Positions 1 to 8,801 of a stretch of 59,893 nt of DNA are shown here, in pieces. The notes under the pieces were generated by a model. The model saw only the letters and a list, made by a program, of their open reading frames with translations, searched no databases and was not told the DNA's origin. Within the stretch, counting starts at the first letter, position 1, and every line of letters starts with the position of its first letter. This DNA is from a virus. Lineage: Duplodnaviria; Heunggongvirae; Uroviricota; Caudoviricetes. The DNA lies in the IMG/VR virus record IMGVR_UViG_3300011399_000001, positions 64,001 through 123,893 of that record; one strand, written 5' to 3'. The position numbers were made by a program, and so were the translations under genes.

Positions 1-2
1 GC

Positions 3-2192
3 CCTGGATGGTATTTAAGGGATGAGATAAAGAAATTCCCTAATAAAGAGAAGTGGGAAACTGCTGAATGGAAAGAACTTCATAAGAAGGAAAATTCTCC
101 AGCCCTAGATTTCTATAACTATATCAAAGAGAGAAACGAATTCTACCACTCAATAGGGTATATACATGGAGCTCAAGCAAGAGTGTTTCTCCCCTATGTA
201 AGAAAGGGACTTATTGAGAAAATTGTAACCACTGGACTTAGAGATGTTAGACTCGGAGAGCAATTTCTAAGGGATATTTCTATTGATGAGGGAGATATAG
301 GTTATGGAAAAACAGACCCTCTTACAGGACGTCTTATAGACACAGTCCCTATTTATTTTACAAAAGAAATAGATGGACCTTTAAGTGAAGACCTCTTTAG
401 AAACATGGCTTTATATAATGAAATGGCCATAAAATACAAATATTTGACAGACATTGAAGCTCAAGCTAGAGCTCTTATAAATGTTGAAAGAAATAAAAAA
501 GCCATTGCTACCTCTGTATTTGGTAAAACTGTATACAAGGACGGAAAGCTTGAATATACTCCAGATAACAACGAAAATACCAAGCTTTTAGAAGATATGG
601 TGAAAGGTATTGTATATGGACAAAGGTATATACAAAGTGAAACATTTGACCAAATGCTTGGAACATTAGGAAGTTTTGGTAAAAAAGCTAATGAAAAGCT
701 TGGGATGAAGATATTTCCTGAGGAGTTGGAGGGAAGACAACTATCTATAAACAAAGTGTTGACACAATTAAACAACACTTTTCAACTTAATGCTTTAGGA
801 CTCAACCCTCTTTCAGCTCTCTCTAACTTAATGGGAGGTAGTTTTCAATCCTCTATTAATGCAGGTGTATATTTCACAAAGACAGACTTTATAAAGACTG
901 AAATGTGGCTAGCTGCCAATAAAATGACAGGTAGAGATCAGAAGAAATACATTGGAGCATTAGAATACTTTCTTCCTTTAACAGATAGCTACAATAAGGA
1001 AATAGCTAAAAAGCTTACAATTTCAAAGCTTTCCCAAGAGAATATACAAGAATTCCTAATGATATTGATGAGGAAATCTGATTGGTTTGTACAAACAGCC
1101 AATTTCTATACATTTATTGATAATTCAATTGTAGAGGGAAATAAGGTGGTGAATGTTAGGCAATTTCTCAGAGAACAGCCTGAATTTCAGGATATGTTTC
1201 AGGGCTCCTCTAAAGATAGAGCTGATAGAAAGGATGACTTTGAGAAGCAAGTAAAATCTCTCCTTGAAGAGAAAGGGGTAATGAAGCTGGCTAAGATAGA
1301 AAACAATGAGTTTGTTATACCTGGAGTGGATAGAAAGTCAGAATCAGTTGTAGAATTAAGGAGAAAAATACAGCAAATAAGCAAGGATGCCTTAGGAAAC
1401 CTTTCAGAAGACGACTTAAGGACAATAAATATGAACATTTATGGAAAATCCTTTATGCTCTTCAAAAACTGGATTCCTAGACCTGTGGATGTAAGAATTG
1501 GTAATTTGAAGTATAATTCTGCCTCTGATGCTTATGAATGGGGAAGGATGAGGATGGTGTTTAGACTGTTATCAACAGACCTTATTTCTTCAATAGACAG
1601 TCTTAAAGCCTCTTTGTCAGGGGATGGGGAGAAATGGGTGGCACAGATGAAAAGTCTATATGAGGCCAAGAAAACAGAGTATGAGACAGAAACAGGGAAG
1701 GAATTGAATATGACAGAACCAGAATTCCTAAACCTTGTAACGAAGAATGTAAGGGCTCAGGTAATAGATTCATTGTTCATGCTTTCATTATTTGGCCTAT
1801 ATTTAGGACTTGTAGCCCTAGCTCCAGATGATGGAGAGGATGAGGGGGTGAAAAACTCCTATAGATATTTGCTTAGAGCTACAGATAAAATAAAGGATGA
1901 GTTATGGTTCTTCTATGATCCTACAAGTTTAATGTCCTTGGTTTCAACAGGTATATTCCCTTCTATGGCCTACCTTAACAATTTGAAAAGACTAATTATC
2001 AACTTTGGTAAGGAAAACTATGCCATTTTGACAGAAGATGAACAATTGCAAAAAGACACCTATGTCATAAAATACCTCTTAAAATCATTCCCTGTATCCT
2101 CACAAGCAGCAGGAATGCTCCCCATGTTCTACCCTGAGCTCTCTAAAGACCTAGGGATTAAAATGGGAACTCAGAGTAGAATGGGAAGGTAA
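3..2192 (+). CDS. Large virion/structural protein, C-terminal part (5'-partial, runs off window edge)
   Basis: Frame is open from nt 3 (PGWYLRDEIKKF...) into the track ORF at 183, so the GTG at 183 is internal. Long helical protein upstream of tail genes, typical of large crAss-like virion/ejection proteins (inference). Confidence 0.6.
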   Translation, partial: PGWYLRDEIKKFPNKEKWETAEWKELHKKENSPALDFYNYIKERNEFYHSIGYIHGAQARVFLPYVRKGLIEKIVTTGLRDVRLGEQFLRDISIDEGDIGYGKTDPLTGRLIDTVPIYFTKEIDGPLSEDLFRNMALYNEMAIKYKYLTDIEAQARALINVERNKKAIATSVFGKTVYKDGKLEYTPDNNENTKLLEDMVKGIVYGQRYIQSETFDQMLGTLGSFGKKANEKLGMKIFPEELEGRQLSINKVLTQLNNTFQLNALGLNPLSALSNLMGGSFQSSINAGVYFTKTDFIKTEMWLAANKMTGRDQKKYIGALEYFLPLTDSYNKEIAKKLTISKLSQENIQEFLMILMRKSDWFVQTANFYTFIDNSIVEGNKVVNVRQFLREQPEFQDMFQGSSKDRADRKDDFEKQVKSLLEEKGVMKLAKIENNEFVIPGVDRKSESVVELRRKIQQISKDALGNLSEDDLRTINMNIYGKSFMLFKNWIPRPVDVRIGNLKYNSASDAYEWGRMRMVFRLLSTDLISSIDSLKASLSGDGEKWVAQMKSLYEAKKTEYETETGKELNMTEPEFLNLVTKNVRAQVIDSLFMLSLFGLYLGLVALAPDDGEDEGVKNSYRYLLRATDKIKDELWFFYDPTSLMSLVSTGIFPSMAYLNNLKRLIINFGKENYAILTEDEQLQKDTYVIKYLLKSFPVSSQAAGMLPMFYPELSKDLGIKMGTQSRMGR

Positions 2193-2243
2193 AGAAATAT
2201 AGCCTTTATTGCTATATTATGTCTCAATTCTATTCCTAAGGGC

Positions 2244-2273
2244 TTGTATATCAATTAAAAAGAGTTAAATTTG
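2244..2273 (+). promoter_or_regulatory. Bacteroidota sigma70-type promoter
   Basis: TTG (2244-46), 19 nt spacer, TAAATTTG (2266-73); matches -33 TTTG / -7 TAnnTTTG. Confidence 0.6.
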
Positions 2274-2289
2274 TAATATTTTGTAAAAG

Positions 2290-2598
2290 ATGAGAGTTGC
2301 TGAAATTTGTCCAGATTGCGCCACATATATAAATGCGGCTTGTATTATTTATAATGGGGAATACCTCCCTGCTATAAATGTATCTCCTTTAGACTCCCTA
2401 GATGATATTCTTGAGAATATTAATGATGCTTATTCTGCATTAGAGGGGGAGGGGGAGCCTACTACAATTCCTCTATTTGTGGGGCAATTATATGTGGACA
2501 CTGAAAACCTCAATTTATACATAGGTCTTGGTACAGATAGTGTAAATTGGGGCTTAATTGGTCCTATTACAACTACTTCTACTACTACAACTTCTTAA
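2290..2598 (+). CDS. Small Cys-rich virion protein with Thr/Ser-rich C-terminal tail
   Basis: CPDCATYINAACIIYNGEYLP module shared with the next gene; ends ITTTSTTTTS. Confidence 0.6.
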   Translation: MRVAEICPDCATYINAACIIYNGEYLPAINVSPLDSLDDILENINDAYSALEGEGEPTTIPLFVGQLYVDTENLNLYIGLGTDSVNWGLIGPITTTSTTTTS

Positions 2599-2603
2599 AT
2601 AAC

Positions 2604-4238
2604 ATGCAGGTGGTTTGTACATCCGATAGCTGTGAATTTGTAATAAGTAGTAAATGCGTCTTCTATGAAGGGGCAGCATTGCCTTATACTGATATTGCCA
2701 CAAATGATACTGTGGAGACAGTAATTCAAAAACTTGATGAAGCTATTCAAAACGGCATAGGAGGGGGTAGTGTAACATCTGTCACTGCTTCTCTACCACT
2801 TGTTTCATCTGGAGGAGATACCCCTAATATATCAATGCCTGTAGCTACAGGAGCCACAAATGGTTATCTTTCTGCCACTAATTGGAACACTTTCAATAAT
2901 AAGCAAGATGTTATTTCTTTAACTACATTAGGAACTTCAGGAGTAGCTACGTTTGCAGGAAACATCTTAAACATCCCAAATTATCAAGTAAATAGTGATG
3001 ATTTCTGGAAAACGACAGGCACTTCTACTATTACAGATGGTACGATTATCACTATTCCATATACAGCAGCTCCTAATAGTTTTATATTAAAAGGAGCAGA
3101 AGGAATCAATCCCGATAGTCCTGTAGAACTTCACGTAGGGCATTTTGACGATGGACTTGATTATGGGCCATTTGTAACAATAATAGGATATAGTAGTCTT
3201 TTAAACAATGATTATGCTGAACTTAATGTACAAGCTAGTCAAGTTAGAATTACTTGTAATTCAAGTTCTACAGGACAAGGTTTAGAACTGATAGCTTCTG
3301 ATGGAGGAGGAGGAAATCCTACTATGGTTTTTAGTGATACTAGAACTGTTAAAGTAGGTGTTCAATATGCTGGAGATTATTCTGCGGATGTGACAGCTAG
3401 AACATTAATAGATAAGGGAACTGCTGATGGTTTGTATATTCAAACAGTATTAACAGCAAATACTAGTATTACAGGAGCTTTTAACTTTGAAATAGGTACT
3501 GCTGTAAGTGCTGTTAATAATATAAGATTAGATGCATCAAGCACTGTTGTAATAGATTCAGGGTCTTCTGTTACTATTTCTACTGTAAATGTTGTTCTTA
3601 CTACTTCTTCTCAAGTAGTTCTTGATACTAATAATGGAATTAGTATAAGAAATTCAGCAACACCTCCAGGTGTTGGAGCAGCAGGAGAAAATGTTGTATA
3701 TACAAAAGATGTAGCTTCTTCTTCTGAACTTTTTGTAATGAATGAAGCAGGTGTGGAAACAAAGCTTTCGGGAAATAAAGGTAATGCTGGAGGAACTTTA
3801 AATGTTGATACAACTACTGTTGGTAATACTGGTGGAGGAGAAGATGATTTGAAACTCTATAATGTACCTGCTAATACTTTATCTGTTGATGGACAATCGT
3901 TGATTGCTTATTGTGCCGGAACATACGCAGCAAATGTAAATAATAAGGTAATAAAATTATATCTTGGATCAACTGTCTTATTTAATAGCGGATCGGTGGC
4001 AGATTCAGGTCTATCGTGGTTAATTAGGGTAGAGATTATCAGGACAGGGGCTTCTTCTCAGAAATGTATTGTAGTATTTACACATGGAGCAACAACAGAT
4101 GCCATAGTCTATATCACCGCAGCAGAGACATTATCTGGTGCATTAGATTTAAAAATTACAGGAGAATCACTTGCTTCTGCCACAAATGATGTAGTTTCTG
4201 AAATGTTTACTGTTAGATGGGAGGCAGAAGAAATATAA
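2604..4238 (+). CDS. Tail fibre-like protein
   Basis: Likely start ATG 2604 (MQVVCTSDSC...). N-terminal Cys module paralogous to the upstream gene; Gly/Thr/Ser-rich beta-fibre composition (GGGSVTSVTA). Confidence 0.7.
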   Translation: MQVVCTSDSCEFVISSKCVFYEGAALPYTDIATNDTVETVIQKLDEAIQNGIGGGSVTSVTASLPLVSSGGDTPNISMPVATGATNGYLSATNWNTFNNKQDVISLTTLGTSGVATFAGNILNIPNYQVNSDDFWKTTGTSTITDGTIITIPYTAAPNSFILKGAEGINPDSPVELHVGHFDDGLDYGPFVTIIGYSSLLNNDYAELNVQASQVRITCNSSSTGQGLELIASDGGGGNPTMVFSDTRTVKVGVQYAGDYSADVTARTLIDKGTADGLYIQTVLTANTSITGAFNFEIGTAVSAVNNIRLDASSTVVIDSGSSVTISTVNVVLTTSSQVVLDTNNGISIRNSATPPGVGAAGENVVYTKDVASSSELFVMNEAGVETKLSGNKGNAGGTLNVDTTTVGNTGGGEDDLKLYNVPANTLSVDGQSLIAYCAGTYAANVNNKVIKLYLGSTVLFNSGSVADSGLSWLIRVEIIRTGASSQKCIVVFTHGATTDAIVYITAAETLSGALDLKITGESLASATNDVVSEMFTVRWEAEEI

Positions 4239-4243
4239 AAATA

Positions 4244-4275
4244 TTTGTAATTATATAATAAAATGTGTATATTTG
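4244..4275 (+). promoter_or_regulatory. Bacteroidota sigma70-type promoter
   Basis: TTTG (4244-47), 20 nt, TATATTTG (4268-75). Confidence 0.8.
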
Positions 4276-4295
4276 CGAAAAATTAAACCAATTAT

Positions 4296-4664
4296 ATGTT
4301 AGAATTTAAAAAATCAGAATTAGAGGCAGTCTTACTTACTATTGCTGCTTATTCTCCTCCAAAAGAAGGAGAGCAACAAAGAATGGTGAGTGGTCTTTTA
4401 AAAGAAAATATTACTCTAGGGACAAAAAGACGCCTTCAGAAAATTCATAAACTTACTCAGGAGAGTTATAAGGAGCTTATTGAAGATGTAAAAGAGGCTC
4501 AAAAAGAATGTGGAGAAGATAAAGAAAGACTTGAAAAAGAGCTTAAACTTCTATTGGAAGAAGTAGTTAAAGTTGATGCAGAACCTATTCAATTGTCTCA
4601 AATTGAAGGAATTTCCACAACAGAAAATTACAATTTTGAAATTATAGAGAAATTTGCAATCTAA
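4296..4664 (+). CDS. Hypothetical helical protein (possible tail assembly chaperone)
   Basis: Track ORF with A-rich leader, follows a tail fibre gene; function is positional inference only. Confidence 0.5.
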   Translation: MLEFKKSELEAVLLTIAAYSPPKEGEQQRMVSGLLKENITLGTKRRLQKIHKLTQESYKELIEDVKEAQKECGEDKERLEKELKLLLEEVVKVDAEPIQLSQIEGISTTENYNFEIIEKFAI

Positions 4665-4999
4665 TGGAAGACATAACCACTTTAAAACAAGAACTCCAAT
4701 CTATGGAAAGCAGACTTACAGAAATGGAAGATAAAATAGATTCTATAGATGGTAAGCTTACACAAGTGGTAGATGCCATTTTAGGAAATCCTTTAACAAA
4801 ACAGGGGGGTTTTATTGCTGAAATTGAAGATTTAAAAAAACAAATTGCTTATTTAAAAGAAACTATCGAAACTCTACAAGAAAAACAGAGAAAAACTGAT
4901 AAGTTTAAAGATAGGGTAATTTGGGCATTAATGGTTATAGGAATATTGGCAGGGATAATTAAATTTCTTACCACTGTCTATGCAAATATAAATATATGA
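4664..4999 (+). CDS. Coiled-coil protein with C-terminal TM helix (holin/XhlA-like lysis protein)
   Basis: Heptad-rich N-terminus, C-terminal VIWALMVIGILAGIIKFL; lies within a membrane-protein cluster. Confidence 0.5.
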   Translation: MEDITTLKQELQSMESRLTEMEDKIDSIDGKLTQVVDAILGNPLTKQGGFIAEIEDLKKQIAYLKETIETLQEKQRKTDKFKDRVIWALMVIGILAGIIKFLTTVYANINI

Positions 5000-5364
5000 A
5001 CGAAAACTTTTTTGTAGTTCTGTCTATTATAGGAGCAATTATATTGTTCTTTACATTTAGAGCTATAAAAAGAGCTATTTTAAGACTTTTTGGAGGAAGT
5101 ATAGAACTTCCAGAAGCAGCAGGAGTGTTATTCGCAGGACTTTTTACATACATGGTGCTTAAGGAGGGACAGAGAACACACGAATGGCATTATTATAATG
5201 AACTTTATATATTCTTTACTGCTAGTGCTGCAATGATAGGACTTGGTTTAAAGCAAGTTTTAGAGACATATAAAGAAATAAGACTTGGAAATTCAGGTAA
5301 TTCCACAGTAACAAATACACAAACGCAGGAAAGAAAAGTGACAAATGAGCCAGATATACAATGA
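4996..5364 (+). CDS. Multi-TM membrane protein, putative holin
   Basis: Three hydrophobic segments and a charged C-terminus; ATGA-coupled. Confidence 0.5.
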   Translation: MNENFFVVLSIIGAIILFFTFRAIKRAILRLFGGSIELPEAAGVLFAGLFTYMVLKEGQRTHEWHYYNELYIFFTASAAMIGLGLKQVLETYKEIRLGNSGNSTVTNTQTQERKVTNEPDIQ

Positions 5365-5966
5365 AATTAAATTTAATCGCTTATATTACAATTGCTCTTC
5401 TTATTTGTGTAATTTTATTACAGAATAAGTGTTCTTCTCCTACTCCTCCTAAAGAAACAAGAGATACGGTGGTTGTTTATAAAACAATACATGATACTAT
5501 TCTTGGCGAAATTGTGTATTTAAAAGGAAAAACTGTCAAAGATACTGTATGGCTTACATCAGAAGAAAATAAACCTGATAGTACATATGAAGGACTTTTG
5601 AAACAATATAACTTCTTGGGAAATAAATATTACGAAAAAAGGGTTTTTAAGACAGATTTTCCAATAGCAGATTATGGCTCTGTGACAGTATATGATACAA
5701 TTAAAGCAAATTCTCTAATAGGAAGTTCTATAATTACTGATTTAAACATCCCAATCACTACAATCACTGTAACAAAAGAAGCTCCCATTAAAAGACAACT
5801 TTATGTAGGTTTTAGTTTAACAGGTAATTCTCCAGCCCCTATTAATGGAGTGTATGTAGATGTAATATTTAGAACAAAGAAAGACAGACTTTATGGTGTG
5901 TCTATGGGGTATAATGGAGAACCAATATATAAAATAAGCCTATTGTGGCCTTTGAAAATAAAATGA
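5361..5966 (+). CDS. Putative spanin-like envelope protein
   Basis: N-terminal hydrophobic anchor ending near a Cys, DTV/HDTI repeats, C-terminal alternating beta strands as in Bacteroidota phage spanin candidates. Confidence 0.5.
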   Translation: MKLNLIAYITIALLICVILLQNKCSSPTPPKETRDTVVVYKTIHDTILGEIVYLKGKTVKDTVWLTSEENKPDSTYEGLLKQYNFLGNKYYEKRVFKTDFPIADYGSVTVYDTIKANSLIGSSIITDLNIPITTITVTKEAPIKRQLYVGFSLTGNSPAPINGVYVDVIFRTKKDRLYGVSMGYNGEPIYKISLLWPLKIK

Positions 5967-6370
5967 ACGAAATAATAGCTTTAATAATTCTTTGTATTCC
6001 TCTTATTTGGGAACTTATAGATGACAAAAAAGGAGACCTCCACCCTAATAAAGATTGGGTAATAAGAGGAGGTTTAATGTTAATAACTTCTGCTCTTACA
6101 TTATTGTTTGTTGATAGAGGATTTTTACAAGCTTTTGGTATGTCTTTTGGTATATTCGTTCTCTTTTTCCCGTACCTCTATAATATTTTCAATAAGAAAA
6201 AACCCTGGTATAATTATTTAAGCCTTACCGCTTTTCCTGACAAATTGACAATATGGAGAATGACTCCTTGGTCAGTAAGAATGGGAATATTGGGAATTAT
6301 ATTTGGTATAGGGCTTTCGTTTTATTTTTGGGAAGAAATAATGGCAATTAATTACCCTTACGGACGTTAA
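5963..6370 (+). CDS. Membrane protein
   Basis: ATG 5963 (MNEIIALIILC) overlaps the previous stop; four hydrophobic segments. Confidence 0.55.
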   Translation: MNEIIALIILCIPLIWELIDDKKGDLHPNKDWVIRGGLMLITSALTLLFVDRGFLQAFGMSFGIFVLFFPYLYNIFNKKKPWYNYLSLTAFPDKLTIWRMTPWSVRMGILGIIFGIGLSFYFWEEIMAINYPYGR

Positions 6371-6371
6371 A

Positions 6372-6503
6372 ATGGCAAAATCAACAAAATCTAATAAGCA
6401 AGTAGGTAAATTGTCTTTTGGGAAGAAAAAAATAGGTGTTCATAAAAAACATAAAGGTCCAAAAGAGAAAAATGTAAAGAAATATCAGGGCCAAGGCCGT
6501 TAA
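6372..6503 (+). CDS. Small basic protein (43 aa) ending KKYQGQGR
   Basis: Read manually, not in track: MAKSTKSNKQVGKLSFGKKKIGVHKKHKGPKEKNVKKYQGQGR. Confidence 0.65.
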   Translation: MAKSTKSNKQVGKLSFGKKKIGVHKKHKGPKEKNVKKYQGQGR

Positions 6504-6515
6504 AATAATAAAAAT

Positions 6516-7619
6516 ATGAGTGTTCCAAATAGACGAATAGGACAACCTTCAAGCGTAGAAGCTCTACTTTTACACGATATATTGAAGCAAATAGAAAGAC
6601 TTATACAGGTTGCTTCTGCTGGAGGGGGTGGAGGCTCTGGTACTGTCACTTCTGTATCAGTAGTGTCGGCCAATGGTTTTGCTGGTTCTGTAGCCACAGC
6701 TACCACTACTCCAGCTATCACTATCTCCACATCTGTTACAGGAATAATAAAAGGAGATGGAACAGCAATAAGTGCTGCTGTTGCAGGAACAGATTATTTA
6801 GCTCCAAATGGTAGTGGGGCAGCCCTTACAGGTGTATATTTATTAGCATCAGGAGGTACATTAACAGGAAATAATACAATTGTACAAGCAGGTTTTAATA
6901 CTACACATACAGGTATAGGAAGAGTTACTTTTTCTCCTACAACAGGAGGAGGTTCGGTTGCAGGTTTAAATGTTGGAACCGTTGCTGGCAATCCTGCAAC
7001 TGGAACAGATGGAGATATATGGCATAATAGTGCTTCTGGTTTCTTTATAAGAAACCTAGGTACAACTAGATTATTAAGTTATTATGCCTCTGGAGGAGGA
7101 ACAATTGGTAGAATACCTATATGTAATGGTACATCAACAGGTTTATTAGTAGATACTGCTAATCTTACATTTAGTACAAATAGACTTTTAGGAACTGTCT
7201 TATATTTAACATTGAGTGCTGGTACTGCTACTGCTGGAACAGCTCCTTTAAAATTAACCTCAGGTACTGTTTTAACTACACCTGAAACTGGATCGATAGA
7301 ATACGATGGTACTAATTATTTTGGTTCTGTATCAACAACTAGATATACATTTGCTAAAACACTTACAAATACAGCTACTTTGGATTTTGGTTCCACAGCA
7401 GCAAGCTCTTCTACAGATTTAACAATGACTGTAACAGGTGCTGCTGACGGTGATCCTGTAATAGTTACACCTCCAAATGGTTCTACTTTTGCAAATAGTA
7501 TATATACCGCTTGGGTTAGTGCTGCTAATACAATAACTGTAAGGTTTAGTAATCTTGATTTAGTAACTACGAGAGACCCTGCAAGTGGAACTTTTCGTGC
7601 AGTGGTATTTAAATATTAA
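6516..7619 (+). CDS. Tail fibre-like protein
   Basis: GGGGSGTVTSVSVVSANGFAG fibre motif; C-terminal TATLDFGS...TVRFSN...DPASGTF tip-like domain. Confidence 0.75.
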   Translation: MSVPNRRIGQPSSVEALLLHDILKQIERLIQVASAGGGGGSGTVTSVSVVSANGFAGSVATATTTPAITISTSVTGIIKGDGTAISAAVAGTDYLAPNGSGAALTGVYLLASGGTLTGNNTIVQAGFNTTHTGIGRVTFSPTTGGGSVAGLNVGTVAGNPATGTDGDIWHNSASGFFIRNLGTTRLLSYYASGGGTIGRIPICNGTSTGLLVDTANLTFSTNRLLGTVLYLTLSAGTATAGTAPLKLTSGTVLTTPETGSIEYDGTNYFGSVSTTRYTFAKTLTNTATLDFGSTAASSSTDLTMTVTGAADGDPVIVTPPNGSTFANSIYTAWVSAANTITVRFSNLDLVTTRDPASGTFRAVVFKY

Positions 7620-7640
7620 TAACATAAAACAATAAATAAA

Positions 7641-8282
7641 ATGGCACTAAAAAACGATTTAAATGCTCAATTTAAGAGCGATTTAGTTAATTATAACGGG
7701 GCTTCGGATGCTCAAGCTTATATTTTACTTGGTGAGACAGTAGTGGGTGATACTCCTGTTAGAATATATCATTATGATGCTAGTTCAACAGCTACTCCAG
7801 ATGGTGAAAATGTATTAAATGCTGTAGGTATGGGAGTTGGGAGATTTATTAAAGATTTCTTACAAGAATTCAATCCCGGATTAGCCACTGTAGCTTCTAC
7901 AGGAGATTATGATGATTTATTAAATAAACCTACTATTCCTGGCCAAGTAAATAGTGATTGGAATAGTGCATCAGGTGTTTCTGAAATATTAAATAAACCT
8001 GTTATTAAAAGACAGGAAACTTATTCTGGAACTAGTAACTCTTCTGGAGTATATACCGTAACATTTAGTACTTCTTTTTCGGTAGCTCCTAATATACAAG
8101 CTAATATCATTAATCAATCTAGTACAGATCAATTTTTAAGAATTACTAACGTCAGTGCTACAGGATTTACTATTAATATATTTGAAAGGGCGCCGGTTAC
8201 TCTTTTAGGAATAAGTTTATTGCCAGGAAATGTGAATAATGTAAATGGAGCATCTATAGATGTTCTTATAACCGAAAAATAA
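7641..8282 (+). CDS. Tail fibre-like protein with LNKP repeats
   Basis: TGDYDDLLNKPTIP / SDWNSASGVSEILNKP repeats; C-terminal VTFSTSFSVAPNI...VSATGFTI domain. Confidence 0.7.
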   Translation: MALKNDLNAQFKSDLVNYNGASDAQAYILLGETVVGDTPVRIYHYDASSTATPDGENVLNAVGMGVGRFIKDFLQEFNPGLATVASTGDYDDLLNKPTIPGQVNSDWNSASGVSEILNKPVIKRQETYSGTSNSSGVYTVTFSTSFSVAPNIQANIINQSSTDQFLRITNVSATGFTINIFERAPVTLLGISLLPGNVNNVNGASIDVLITEK

Positions 8283-8283
8283 T

Positions 8284-8385
8284 ATGGCAATTAGAACAAA
8301 ACAAAGTGGATGGTCAACAAAAGAAAAACTTTTGTGGGAAATTTCCAAAAAATTGGAACAATTAATTAAAGTAATAAGTCAATAA
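8284..8385 (+). CDS. 33-aa stand-alone module paralogous to the N-terminus of the 6516 fibre
   Basis: Read manually: MAIRTKQSGWSTKEKLLWEISKKLEQLIKVISQ versus MSVPNRRIGQPSSVEALLLHDILKQIERLIQV. Confidence 0.6.
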   Translation: MAIRTKQSGWSTKEKLLWEISKKLEQLIKVISQ

Positions 8386-8387
8386 TT

Positions 8388-8801
8388 ATGTCATATTTCA
8401 TAAAAACAGGTTTTTGGGAAAAAGCCGCAAAAGGATATAAAGGATGGTTGAATTTAGAGGATGCTTTAAATCAAGACTTTGTAGCTGTATCTAATAGTGA
8501 TGTAGCATTAACAGATGCTGCAACAATGGATATATCTTCTACAAAACAAACTCTAACCTCTTCTTCTGCTACAAGAACATTTACAATTTCATATGTAGGA
8601 GATGATAGTACAATAGAGGTAATATTAAACACTACATCAGCCACATATACATTTCCTGCTACAGCATTATGTGTATCAGAAGGAGTGGCTTCAGGAGACA
8701 ATTTACTTGTATTAGCAGGAGTTTCAGGAGACAAATATATAATTGGTATTAAAAAAATAGGTTCGGCATATTATGTTGTAGCCAAAAATTTTGGACAATA
8801 A
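8388..8801 (+). CDS. Virion/tail-associated protein
   Basis: Track ORF; Ser/Thr-rich beta composition within the tail cluster. Confidence 0.55.
   Translation: MSYFIKTGFWEKAAKGYKGWLNLEDALNQDFVAVSNSDVALTDAATMDISSTKQTLTSSSATRTFTISYVGDDSTIEVILNTTSATYTFPATALCVSEGVASGDNLLVLAGVSGDKYIIGIKKIGSAYYVVAKNFGQ

Noticed and set aside
2547-2603. Track start of the fibre gene at 2547 with a Tyr/Asn-rich N-terminus
   Set aside because: This is the alternative-frame reading of the upstream Thr tail; ATG 2604 aligns with the paralogous Cys module.
4804-4809. G6 run in the coiled-coil/TM gene as a phase-variable site
   Set aside because: Short, explained by Gln-Gly-Gly codons and not at a domain boundary.
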